64,000 nt of DNA. Source: an uncultured bacterium (GTDB lineage Bacteria; Patescibacteriota; Minisyncoccia; UBA6257; GWB1-50-10). Made by a program: the position numbers and the translations under genes. The notes under the pieces are model-generated. The model worked only from the letters and a program-made list of their open reading frames with translations. It was not told the DNA's origin and searched no databases. The first letter of the stretch is position 1; every line of letters begins with the position of its first letter. Location: positions 209,934-273,933 of the forward strand of contig OY970216.1 in assembly GCA_963713955.1 (NCBI GenBank), read 5' to 3'. Shown piece by piece: positions 9,145 to 18,011 of the stretch.

Positions 9145-11295
9145 ATGACTAGATTATCCATCAAAAAACTTTTCGTCTTCTTCGCTGGGGCAATTGTGGT
9201 AGGGGGAGCGTTTGTGATAACTGGCCATTATGTACTTGCCCTGACGACGGTGCCTGGGGGTAACAATGGCGGCGGGACGGCGGGGAATAATATATCAGTT
9301 CAGATACTGGTTAATGGGGCGTCGAACCTATCCGCCGGTTCGGTAATAGGAAGTAGGATAGACTGCGGAGAGGGAAGCAATATTTGCGGTGGCAGCATAC
9401 CGACGGGTGCAACGAGCGTCACCTTCACGGAGACCCCCGCATCAGGTTACATCTTCAATTCGTGGGGGGGCGATTGCAATAACACGACCGGTAACACGTG
9501 TACCGTGAGTTGGGGTCAAGATCCCACGCCGACGAGCATAAATGTTATTGCTAATTTTGTTTCTTCCCCGGTTCCGTCGCCAGTATCCAGTGCTCTATCT
9601 GTGCAAGTAACCGTCGGCGGGAGTGTCAATAACAGTGCTGGTGTAGTTTCAAGTACGGCGGCGAGCGCGGGAGTTCCTCCTATAAAGTGCGGTGGGAATT
9701 CAACAAACTGCAGCACTAGTTTGAAATTCCCCCCGTCGCAGCGGATTACCCTCACGGCTTCTCCAGCGGGAGGGTACACGTTCTCCGGGTGGAGTTTCTC
9801 AGGGGCTGCTGTTGATACCAATTGTCCGGCGACAGATCTTACTTGCATGGTCGCAAATGATGGGTGGACCACAGCAGGCACCGTCTCAGCCAACTTCACT
9901 AAAATAACCCCTGCTTTTGCCGGTAATATTACGGCGAACATCGTTTACGCGTCGACGACCGGCGGGACGGCGACGGTGTATTTGAGCTGGCCGGCGGCCA
10001 AGAACGCACCGGGAGTAACGTATGCCATTTCGAGAGGTAGCACTCCCGTGGGTAGTACAGCGTCAACCTCATACTATGATACGTCAGCGCCGTTAGGAAA
10101 TTCCGCTACGGTATACAGCATCACGGTAAGCGGTATAAGTGGTAGCATGACGTCTAATTCTCTTGACCTGAACTTACAGAAGGTGCTCACCGGTTATGCG
10201 TGGGCGAACGCCAATGCCTCCACGGTGAGTGGCAGCACTGTGACTACAAAATCGACAAAGTCCTATAACTGGAATAGCGCAAGCACTCCTTTCGATGTGA
10301 GCGGGAGCGCAAGTTCCAATTCTATTACTCTGAGTTTTTCCGAGCCGGCGTCAGGATCTTCTAATTGGTCGCAAGATCCTTCCGCTGATGAAGCCGTCTA
10401 TAGATGTCCGGATTCGGGTTATACTCTCAACTGCAAAAATGTAAGTCAATCTTTGAATGTAAACCCGGGTGGTACGTGGTCTTTTACTGATTCCAATTTG
10501 GTTTTTGCATCGACTTACTACTACGAAGTGGCAACTCATGACCAATATGGCAGCATGTACATAGTATATTTGGCTGCCACGACGAACAGCGCGGCCAACT
10601 ATCAAGGCATCGGCTGGATCAAATTCAGTTCGGACACAACCTCATCGCCGTCGGATACCAATCAGTACGGTGTGTATATTGATGACAAAGGGAATCTTTC
10701 CGGGTATGCCTGGAGCGGGATGCAGTGTCCTTCGGGCCAGAGCGGCAACTGCGGCTACGGTTGGCTCTCGTTCAACGAGAGCGATGCGTCCCATCAGCGT
10801 GGATCGTTCACAGGTGCCGGTCTCACGGATTGGGCAAGATTTCTCACGTTTGCAAACGGCGGGAGTTCCTGGGACGGCTGGGTGAATTTAGGCGGCGTTT
10901 CGTACGATCCTTCGACGAAGATGTTCGGCGGCAGAACGCCGACGTTGCCCGTGGATGTTCTGGGCCAGATGTCTTTCTGCGATCCGAATAACGGAGCGAA
11001 CTATTGCGTCAGGGGAACGCCACCACCGCAGCCGCCGATAATCAAGCCGGTCTCCGCCGTAACGTATAACAGCTTCACGGTGAACTGGACCAATCCGCAG
11101 AAGTATACGAAGATTGAAGTTTATGTCAGCAAGCCAAATAATTCCACTGATTTTAGTTCTCCTCCTGCCGACCAACCGGTATTTGCAACCACGAGTCAAA
11201 GCTACGTCAATGCGACGACAAGTATCCTCTCGGTCCCGGTAAATGCCCTCCCCAATATGCAATATGGCATGTTTGTCAGAGGATATCTAAAATAG
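9145..11295 (+). CDS. Large secreted/surface protein with divergent InlB B-repeat-like domains, GYAW...GWI(S/K)F repeats and a C-terminal fibronectin type III-like domain.
   Basis: 716 aa. N-terminal TM/signal FVFFAGAIVVGGAFVITG. InlB-B-like unit (GSVIGSRIDCGEGSNICGGS...GYIFNSWGGDCNNTTGNTCTV...VIANF). Repeats GIGWIKFSS..., GYAWSGMQCPSGQSGNCGYGWLSFNESDA. Fn3-like VTYNSFTVNWTNPQKYTKIEVYVS. Confidence 0.6.
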   Translation: MTRLSIKKLFVFFAGAIVVGGAFVITGHYVLALTTVPGGNNGGGTAGNNISVQILVNGASNLSAGSVIGSRIDCGEGSNICGGSIPTGATSVTFTETPASGYIFNSWGGDCNNTTGNTCTVSWGQDPTPTSINVIANFVSSPVPSPVSSALSVQVTVGGSVNNSAGVVSSTAASAGVPPIKCGGNSTNCSTSLKFPPSQRITLTASPAGGYTFSGWSFSGAAVDTNCPATDLTCMVANDGWTTAGTVSANFTKITPAFAGNITANIVYASTTGGTATVYLSWPAAKNAPGVTYAISRGSTPVGSTASTSYYDTSAPLGNSATVYSITVSGISGSMTSNSLDLNLQKVLTGYAWANANASTVSGSTVTTKSTKSYNWNSASTPFDVSGSASSNSITLSFSEPASGSSNWSQDPSADEAVYRCPDSGYTLNCKNVSQSLNVNPGGTWSFTDSNLVFASTYYYEVATHDQYGSMYIVYLAATTNSAANYQGIGWIKFSSDTTSSPSDTNQYGVYIDDKGNLSGYAWSGMQCPSGQSGNCGYGWLSFNESDASHQRGSFTGAGLTDWARFLTFANGGSSWDGWVNLGGVSYDPSTKMFGGRTPTLPVDVLGQMSFCDPNNGANYCVRGTPPPQPPIIKPVSAVTYNSFTVNWTNPQKYTKIEVYVSKPNNSTDFSSPPADQPVFATTSQSYVNATTSILSVPVNALPNMQYGMFVRGYLK

Positions 11296-11417
11296 CCCTA
11301 TAAATCAAGGTTATTTTGTTTCGTTTGATTTTTTCGTATATTTGTGGTATAATAGTAATCTAGAAATAAGAAGAACGTTTTTTAAAAACTAAAAAGCTCA
11401 GAAAGGAGCGATTCGAA

Positions 11418-12716
11418 ATGAAAACGATCATTCTTTCGGCTTTAATGCTCCTCATGAGCATTGCGCCGATAGATGTTTTGGGACAACAAAGTTCTGTGGC
11501 CCAAAAGGTGAACGGCTGTAACATCAGTCTCAAGTATAGTTGGTTCCCAGGCGGAGGCAGCATCAACGTGAGATCCGTGGCAGTTGTCAATGGAACCATC
11601 ATTGCTGGGACTACTGGCTGGAACGGGACAGCGTTCGTTGCGCCGGTGTATGTTTCTCAGGATACCGGCAAAACGTGGATTCCAATTGATTCCGCGAGAG
11701 GTCTCAATATTCCATGGAACCGGGTTTTCTCAGTATCTGCCGTGGATTCTCATCAGGTTATCATCGGAGCTGATTGTGGGATATACAAATCAATGGATTC
11801 CGGACTGCACTGGATTCAAGTTTATAATGATCCCAATGCTGGTTTTGGAGTATCCTACCTTGGCTACGATACTGTCATAGCCTGTGGTGGCCCCGGCGCC
11901 CTGAAGTCGAATGACAACGGTAATACTTGGCACTATGTAAGTAACGAGAACGTTGGCTGGGTAGTGAAAGCGCCAAATGGAAATCTGGTCAGTGGTATAG
12001 GAAGTGCTTTCGAGAGTGATGCTAAAGGTATCGTGATATCGTCTGATGGAGGGAATAATTGGGAGTCCTCCAACACGGGACTTACCAACAAAAACATATT
12101 TTCCCTGTCTGCCGATAGATCTGATGTCTATGCTGTCACTCATATCGGTGGCACATTTGTATCGCACGATGATGGCTCTTCATGGAGTCCGGTAACCAAT
12201 CTTCCTGATCAAGGGGAAGTTGTATCGACGATAAGTGGTTTGGGTGTGTTCGCTGGTTTCAGCCAGTCGGGTCAGCCAACCCTTTACTGGTCTCGTGACG
12301 GATCGAGTTGGTCTGCGGTCACCGTGTTCGACAATTGGCCGTTCTCGTTTGCTGAATTTGACTCAACCACCGTCGTTATCGGAACCGAAAGCGGCGTATG
12401 GATTGCGCACTTTGATAATCTCACTCCAGTTATCGAGCACCCTACAATTGCCACAAACTTCGCGTTATCCCAGAACTACCCGAACCCGTTCAACCCGACC
12501 ACTGCTATCAGATTCACGGTTTCAAAGAGAAGCTTTGTAACGCTCTCGGTCTACAACGTCCTTGGCCAGTTGGTGAAAACCCTGGTCAATGACGAGAAAA
12601 GTCCGGGAACTTACGAAGCAAGCTTTGACGGTACTTCACTCCCGTCGGGCACCTACATCTATCGTTTGCAAACTGATTTATACTCGCAGACGAAGAAAAT
12701 GGTTCTTTTAAAGTGA
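11418..12716 (+). CDS. BNR/Asp-box repeat beta-propeller protein (sialidase-like or Ycf48-like fold) with a type IX secretion system C-terminal sorting domain (Por_Secre_tail type).
   Basis: 432 aa. Signal peptide. Six S-x-D-x-G-x-(T/S)-W repeats (SQDTGKTW, SMDSGLHW, SNDNGNTW, SSDGGNNW, SHDDGSSW, SRDGSSW). C-terminus LSQNYPNPFNPTTAIRF...LSVYNVLGQLVKTLVN...SGTYIYRLQTD...KKMVLLK matches the T9SS CTD consensus. Extended -10 promoter ttgtggtataat and RBS aaaggag upstream. Confidence 0.75.
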   Translation: MKTIILSALMLLMSIAPIDVLGQQSSVAQKVNGCNISLKYSWFPGGGSINVRSVAVVNGTIIAGTTGWNGTAFVAPVYVSQDTGKTWIPIDSARGLNIPWNRVFSVSAVDSHQVIIGADCGIYKSMDSGLHWIQVYNDPNAGFGVSYLGYDTVIACGGPGALKSNDNGNTWHYVSNENVGWVVKAPNGNLVSGIGSAFESDAKGIVISSDGGNNWESSNTGLTNKNIFSLSADRSDVYAVTHIGGTFVSHDDGSSWSPVTNLPDQGEVVSTISGLGVFAGFSQSGQPTLYWSRDGSSWSAVTVFDNWPFSFAEFDSTTVVIGTESGVWIAHFDNLTPVIEHPTIATNFALSQNYPNPFNPTTAIRFTVSKRSFVTLSVYNVLGQLVKTLVNDEKSPGTYEASFDGTSLPSGTYIYRLQTDLYSQTKKMVLLK

Positions 12717-12727
12717 TCTTGTTCAAG

Positions 12728-12764
12728 GAGGTTCAGCTTAAAAACTGAACCTCTTTTCCGTTTT
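12728..12764 (+). terminator. Terminator hairpin gaggttcag-cttaaaaa-ctgaacctc plus ttttccgtttt. Copy 1 of a repeated terminator; the second copy is at about 19070.
   Basis: Perfect 9-bp stem immediately after the BNR gene stop, then a T-run. A near-identical element (cttgttcaa[a/g]gaggttcag...ctgaacc..ttttccgtttt) recurs at 19061-19108. Confidence 0.55.
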
Positions 12765-13119
12765 GCGCAGTCTAATTTCCAAAATCCCCACACTCGATGC
12801 TAGTTTTTGGAGAAGAGGGGCAAAAAGATGAGAAGTCATAGGGCTTTCTGGATTTGGTACCCCCTTCATTCTGGAGGTACCCGAGTGAAGCGGTGATTAA
12901 AGGGTTTTGAGAGGTCAGATTGAAGGGGTAGCTACTCCTCGAAATCGGGGTTATGCTGGTAAAAAGTTCGGATTTTGTCCAAGAGAGACAGCTCGCAAAG
13001 TTAGCCGATAAATCTTTGCTAAAATCCTCATCTTTAATAACGAAAGGTGGGTTAGAAGAAAAGTGCCCGGAACGATGAAGAGAAATGGGAGTTGAAATCA
13101 ACTCCCATTATAAACCTAC

Positions 13120-13590
13120 CTAAGAAACATTTTCAATCAAATAGCTACGATTGTTACAAGAGACCTCTTCTCCTTTCTTCCTGCCCATGCATGCACGGGC
13201 TAGCGGAGCAGATGGGGTAAGAGTGGTAACTACCGAGTTGTTCACTTGGATATTTTCCCCTCCGGCCCTCAAAACGATGAAGCAAATTCTGATACCGCCC
13301 GACGTTCCCTTATCTTTCAATTCAATCAATGAACCAACGCTTACAGTACCTTTGTTGTAGTGGATCGGCGTGGTAACAACATAGTTCAGGTCCTCCTGCG
13401 CCTTCTGCAATTGTTGTTGCAGTCCGGCAGCCAAGTGGCTGAGCTGGGATTTTGACGTATCAGAATGGCTCTCACTGCTGCTCGGCGCATCAATGGCGCG
13501 CTCTCTGGTGTCTTTTAAAGAGGCCTCCAATTCTTTCACGCGCCCTCTCAGCAGATCGGCCAGCGCTGAAACGATTTCCTCTTTATTCAT
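13120..13590 (-). CDS. GreA/GreB-family-like protein (C-terminal FKBP-like domain of transcript cleavage factors).
   Basis: 156 aa. C-terminal VSVGSLIELKDKGTSGGIRICFIVLRAGGENIQVNNSVVTTLTPSAPLARACMGRKKGEEVS resembles the GreA C-terminal domain pattern (GS.V.L.D..G....Y.IVG..EAD...G.IS..SPLA.AL.GK..GD.V). The N-terminus is not clearly a Gre coiled-coil, so assignment is moderate. A hairpin terminator (gggagttgatttcaactccc) follows at about 13085-13119. Confidence 0.45.
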   Translation of the reverse strand: MNKEEIVSALADLLRGRVKELEASLKDTRERAIDAPSSSESHSDTSKSQLSHLAAGLQQQLQKAQEDLNYVVTTPIHYNKGTVSVGSLIELKDKGTSGGIRICFIVLRAGGENIQVNNSVVTTLTPSAPLARACMGRKKGEEVSCNNRSYLIENVS

Positions 13591-13770
13591 GACAAATAGC
13601 TCCTTTCAAGCTTGAATAGTTACAAAATTATGTATACATTTTCCCGTAAACTCTGAACCCATAATGAGCAGGTAAAAAATATCAAATGATTAGGTTCTAA
13701 TAATTAGTAAATCACAAATATGAAGAAAGGTCAACTGCATTCTTCCTCGGAAGGTAATACAATCAAAACT

Positions 13771-14328
13771 ATGGATATTTATTTGGTGACAAGGAATAAA
13801 GGTAAATTGCTGGCAGCGAACAGCGCCTTCGATAACACGGGTATCTTTCTTAAGCCAGTAGAAAGAGACTATCCGGAAATCCAGGCTGATACCAGTGCAG
13901 AAATAGCAAAGTACACAGCCCTTGAGGCAGCTAAAAATTTGGGGGCTCCAGCCATTAGAGAGGATCACAGTTTGGTACTTAACGCACTAGACATCCCAGG
14001 GCCATACATGAACTATTTTGAAAAACATGTTCCTCCGGAGAAAATACTTAAAATATTAGAGCGTTTCAACGATCGCTCTGGTTATTTCGAAGTCGCAACT
14101 GCTTACGCGGAGCCGGATGGCGAAGTGCAGCAATTTTCATTCAGAGTTCCCTTCAGAATCAGCAAAGAGATGCGCGGGAAATTACAAACCGGCTGGAACA
14201 AAATCTTGGTTCTTGAGGGGGAAACGCGTACACTGGCTGAATATCCAGAAACGGAAAGAACGCATATCTGGAATAAAAACTATTTGGCGATAGTAAAATA
14301 TCTCAAGGAAAACTCTAAAATTTCCTGA
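13771..14328 (+). CDS. Ham1/RdgB-like non-canonical purine NTP pyrophosphatase (ITPase family), tentative. The ORF track begins at 13720; the ATG at 13771 gives MDIYLVTRNKGKL.
   Basis: IYLVTRNKGKLLAANSAF (compare TGNxGKxxE), REDHSLVLNALDIPGPYMNYF (compare DDSGLxVDALxGxPGxYSARY). Family-level similarity only. Confidence 0.4.
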   Translation: MDIYLVTRNKGKLLAANSAFDNTGIFLKPVERDYPEIQADTSAEIAKYTALEAAKNLGAPAIREDHSLVLNALDIPGPYMNYFEKHVPPEKILKILERFNDRSGYFEVATAYAEPDGEVQQFSFRVPFRISKEMRGKLQTGWNKILVLEGETRTLAEYPETERTHIWNKNYLAIVKYLKENSKIS

Positions 14329-15007
14329 ATACGCCACGGAAGACAGAACGCCATCCCGTATTTACCAAGCTCCTATAAGTTGCCACCTTACTCTCTGGTC
14401 TGATTTTTAATTCTCTAAGAAGACCGAGTATCCTCGATTTCGGCAAGAGTACCATATGCAAACCTTCCTTCGTAAGGAAAGTGAATTTGTCCACATTTAG
14501 TTTCTTAAAAGGAACCTTACTATTTTTTGCATAAAACATGTTTATGCAAACGTATCCTCCCCTTTTCAAAACCCTTGCCGTCTCTCCTACAGCCGCTCTC
14601 AACTCTGATAGAGAATCGACATTATGATAAATGCCATTGGCAATAATAACATTGAAGACCGAATCTTTAAAAGGGAGACGTTTCATATCGGCCATAACAA
14701 TTCTTTTATTAGTTTTATTCCTTAAATACTTTTTAGATTTTTCACGTGCACGCCGAACCATGGACTCGTGCAAATCGCAAGCCCACACGTCAAATCCCAT
14801 TTTGAGTAGTAACACGGTATTACGGCCAGCGCCACAACCTACATCTAAAACTTTCACTGACGCTGGATTTTCAAAGTTAGAAAAAAACTTTTCCCAGTAA
14901 GGAGGGGGTGGTAATAAAGAGAATTCCTCTACAATCTTAGGGTCATTCCAAAATAATTCTTCTGGGGATTTATACATTTTTAATGGCTTTGGTAACACGA
15001 TATCCAC
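14315..15007 (-). CDS. Class I SAM-dependent methyltransferase.
   Basis: 230 aa. Motif I VLDVGCGAGRNTVLLLKMGFDVWACDL, then the post-I acidic residue and motif II/III spacing. Confidence 0.7.
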   Translation of the reverse strand: MDIVLPKPLKMYKSPEELFWNDPKIVEEFSLLPPPPYWEKFFSNFENPASVKVLDVGCGAGRNTVLLLKMGFDVWACDLHESMVRRAREKSKKYLRNKTNKRIVMADMKRLPFKDSVFNVIIANGIYHNVDSLSELRAAVGETARVLKRGGYVCINMFYAKNSKVPFKKLNVDKFTFLTKEGLHMVLLPKSRILGLLRELKIRPESKVATYRSLVNTGWRSVFRGVFRKF

Positions 15008-16085
15008 CGTTCCAAATATGCGTGGAAAATGTTTTCATTCCCCTATCCCTAAAGGCCCTAATGCAAGTTCTAGGATTTTTAGTTATAGCGAATATTCCGG
15101 GTCCTACAGAAGATATTGCCAGAACATCGGCTATATTGTCTTTCTTCAAATACCTCAGGTCATCGCATAATTTGGTCAAACCGGGGTAGGTGAAAGAACA
15201 GTTTTCTATACTTCCCATTTCAAAGCGATATTTGTAAATAACATCACCTATTTTCGAGAGATCGTTACTGACCACCGATGGTAAGACCTCATGCAAGACT
15301 AGATATGCAATATCCTTTCCCCATTTTTTACCGGTAGCCACGAAGCGATGAAGATTTCTCTTTTCCATTGCCATAAGTTCCGCCGCATCAAGATCGGGGA
15401 CATCTTTCGGAATACCGATAACGACTTCGTAGCTCGCCGGTATTTTCATCTCAGCGATGGGAACACTTTCTCCGGCAAGCACTATCATTCCCGCTTTTTC
15501 TATACCACCGGCCGCCGAACCGCCGATGCACTGAACCGGAACGAGATACTCTTCATTGCCATCTATTTCCTCTCCGTGGTTTTGAGCAAGATACGTAATA
15601 AGTACCTGCCGAGGTATGGGATTCCCGTAAGCTTCATTGAACGCACAAGCCACAGCCGCGATAAGACTGCTGCTTGAACCGAGGCCGCAGTGTTTTATCT
15701 CGTTTTCGTTATCAACTTTGATATCGAATCCCTCTTTGAAACCTATAGCTCGTTTCATAAGGAAAGCCGAATGCATAATTAGTGATCGTCTCTTGGAAAA
15801 ATTATCGATAGCTATAGCGGAATCTTTACGTAGCGTTAATGTCACCTTTTTGAACAAGGGAACGACAAATAATATCTCTCCGGGGGTATACTTGAAATTC
15901 TTCTTGACGTCTATCTTACTGGGGTCTATAGCCATGGCATCAAGTCTGCTCGGATATAAAAGAACCAGCTTTCTGTACAAGAGACAGCAGCGTTTTACCT
16001 TTACTTTTATTGGATTAAAAAGGCTCCCCACTTTGAACAGTGAAGAGCCTTTAACTCTCGATAGATTTTTTTTAGTTTTGGGCAT
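14970..16085 (-). CDS. GHMP kinase family protein (beta-RFAP synthase / pantoate kinase-like). The ORF track begins with TTG at 16115; the first ATG is at 16085.
   Basis: GHMP signature HCGLGSSSSLIAAVACAF (P-x-G-S-G-L-G-SS-A-A type phosphate loop). N-terminal YPSRLDAMAIDPSKI resembles the TPSRLHFxLID start of the beta-RFAP-synthase subgroup. Overlaps the downstream methyltransferase by 38 nt. Confidence 0.55.
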   Translation of the reverse strand: MPKTKKNLSRVKGSSLFKVGSLFNPIKVKVKRCCLLYRKLVLLYPSRLDAMAIDPSKIDVKKNFKYTPGEILFVVPLFKKVTLTLRKDSAIAIDNFSKRRSLIMHSAFLMKRAIGFKEGFDIKVDNENEIKHCGLGSSSSLIAAVACAFNEAYGNPIPRQVLITYLAQNHGEEIDGNEEYLVPVQCIGGSAAGGIEKAGMIVLAGESVPIAEMKIPASYEVVIGIPKDVPDLDAAELMAMEKRNLHRFVATGKKWGKDIAYLVLHEVLPSVVSNDLSKIGDVIYKYRFEMGSIENCSFTYPGLTKLCDDLRYLKKDNIADVLAISSVGPGIFAITKNPRTCIRAFRDRGMKTFSTHIWNGGYRVTKAIKNV

Positions 16086-16644
16086 AATGCAGCTTTTGAA
16101 AGAGTATCTTGTCAAGGCTCTCCCGCAAACTTTCTAGATCACCGTTGTTCCATATGTTGAACTGGGCTATTTCACGGATAGTATTTAAGCCCATTCTGAC
16201 ATCCAGATCAAGAAGTTCGTTAAACTCGTCGTCAGAAAGATTCTTCTTCTCACGCGAGTTATAGCGTTCATGTAAAATCTTAAATGGAGCATCTAAAAAG
16301 ACAACTTGATTAGAATACCCATTGACCGATTTTATACGTTCGCTTATGAAAACTATACCACCTTTTGATCGATTGCCAACAATGACTATGTCTTTATGCA
16401 GTCTAGTTTCCTCAGCTCGCATTTTTGCCAATTTCAACTCGCAAACCAGAAGATCGTCCGTAAAGCGCTGGCCGTAATGCCTTTCCCCCTCAGTAATCCA
16501 ATCACCGAAAGAAAGATTAGTATCTTGTTTTTGGTGTATCTGTCTGAGGGTTGGCCCCGAGTCCACTGTCAAAAATCCATGTGGGGCAATTAAATTGGCG
16601 GAAAGGGTTTTGCCAGATCCATGAGGTCCTACAAGGAAGATCAT
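16072..16644 (-). CDS. P-loop NTPase, small nucleotide/nucleoside kinase-like. Start placed at MIFLVGPHGSGKT.
   Basis: Walker A IFLVGPHGSGKTLSANL. Size about 190 aa with a hydrophobic Walker B-like IVIVGNRSKGG. Resembles adenylate/dephospho-CoA-kinase-like folds. Specificity unknown. Confidence 0.5.
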   Translation of the reverse strand: MIFLVGPHGSGKTLSANLIAPHGFLTVDSGPTLRQIHQKQDTNLSFGDWITEGERHYGQRFTDDLLVCELKLAKMRAEETRLHKDIVIVGNRSKGGIVFISERIKSVNGYSNQVVFLDAPFKILHERYNSREKKNLSDDEFNELLDLDVRMGLNTIREIAQFNIWNNGDLESLRESLDKILFQKLHYAQN

Positions 16645-16821
16645 TGTCTTATTTCTCCTTTCGATTGACAAGTAAAACTTTTCCAAGAATACCACATAAA
16701 AACAATAATGTCAAAACATTTGGACTGACGATTTCAACATTGACATGCTAACAGAATTATTTAATAATAAAATTAGGCTCTTTTACAACCATCTAATCAG
16801 TCAGAAAGAAGGTGAAATACC

Positions 16822-17967
16822 ATGAGGGATACTAAAAGATCGTATCTCAGCATACCCTGCCACTGGAGCGAATCGATAATCAGTACAGTTATGAACGTCA
16901 AGCCGGTTAGAAACATTGACGTATCAGATGTATACGGAGTTATGGCAGATGGCGGGCCAGTTGGACATGGAAGGTCAAGAAACTCAGTTGTAGCTATAAG
17001 CAAAGAGCGCGCCGTAGAGTTTAGATCTTTCCTGAAACATAATGGCCTCAGATTTATTTACTTACTGAATGCTCCTTTCAGATTTGAAGGCAACGCAGAA
17101 CAGAAACAATCATTGGACAGCTATCTGGGGTGGATCATTGAAGATTTAGATCCCGATGCTGTAATGATCGCATCTCATGAACTAATGCGTTACGTAAGAG
17201 CTATCAACGAGCAAACTCCAATTCACATATCTACGATTGCCGGCGTCAGAAACAAAAAGGACCTCGTGAAATACTTAGATATAGTTCCCAGCCGCGTGGT
17301 TCTACACCATGATACCGGGAAAGAATTGGAAACGTTGCTGGAATTAGTGCAGTTCTGCCTTAGTGAAGGCATTGAAATTGAACTAATGGCAACAGAAAGT
17401 TGTTTGTTTCATTGTCCAGATAGGCAAAATCATTACGAATCGTTGGCGCATGGTCGTGAGGATAAGCCGTTTCATTCCGTATGTAACGCGAAGAAACTCA
17501 GTCATCCTCGCGAATTTCTTATGTCAGGCGGAACAATACGCCCAGAGGACATCGAGATCTACGAGGACATCGGTATCCATCATTTCAAAATCACTGGCCG
17601 TTCTAAACCAGCAGATTGGCTTCCGGATGTTGTACGAGCCTACAAGATAAGAGAATACAGAGGCAATCTAATCCGCCTGCTTGGCATAGATCCGCTCATC
17701 CACGCCGAGGATTGGATTTACATTGAAAATTCAGCCCTTTCTGGTTTTACAAAAGAACTGCTTGGCGCAAAATCACATCGCGAGAAGATAGCCTGTGCCG
17801 AAAGGTGGATTACCAAACTTTATGCATCTGGACAATTCAAGCTATTGGACGGTTCAGAATACGTGAATAAAGGTAACTATCTCGATTTACTCTCTTGCGG
17901 CAGAATGTCTGACTCGATTATTAACTGCTCTCAGCAAGAAAGTGATCAGTCAATACACCCCGGATGA
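16822..17967 (+). CDS. Hypothetical protein, possibly U32-peptidase-like TIM-barrel protein (low confidence). An alternative start is at 16891.
   Basis: 381 aa. Layout (IYLLNAPFRFEGNAEQKQSLDSYLGWIIEDLDPDAVMIASHELMRYV...IHISTIAGVRN...VVLHHDTGKELE...CLFHCPDRQ) is compatible with the U32 family architecture, but no diagnostic motif was confirmed. Confidence 0.3.
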   Translation: MRDTKRSYLSIPCHWSESIISTVMNVKPVRNIDVSDVYGVMADGGPVGHGRSRNSVVAISKERAVEFRSFLKHNGLRFIYLLNAPFRFEGNAEQKQSLDSYLGWIIEDLDPDAVMIASHELMRYVRAINEQTPIHISTIAGVRNKKDLVKYLDIVPSRVVLHHDTGKELETLLELVQFCLSEGIEIELMATESCLFHCPDRQNHYESLAHGREDKPFHSVCNAKKLSHPREFLMSGGTIRPEDIEIYEDIGIHHFKITGRSKPADWLPDVVRAYKIREYRGNLIRLLGIDPLIHAEDWIYIENSALSGFTKELLGAKSHREKIACAERWITKLYASGQFKLLDGSEYVNKGNYLDLLSCGRMSDSIINCSQQESDQSIHPG

Positions 17968-18011
17968 TGGCGATATCATTCGGGGTTGTCTATATAAACA
18001 ATATCCTCGTT

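Noticed and set aside
12772-13101. Possible small RNA (SRP/4.5S-like) in the 400-nt non-coding gap after the first BNR gene. The stretch ggtcagattgaaggggtagc vaguely resembles the SRP helix-8 consensus GGUCAGGUCCGGAAGGAAGCAGC.
   Set aside because: I could not fold flanking sequence into the required helix 5/8 pairing. The match is partial (GUCC to AUU; AAGCAGC to GGUAGC). Left as unassigned non-coding DNA. An Infernal scan would settle it.
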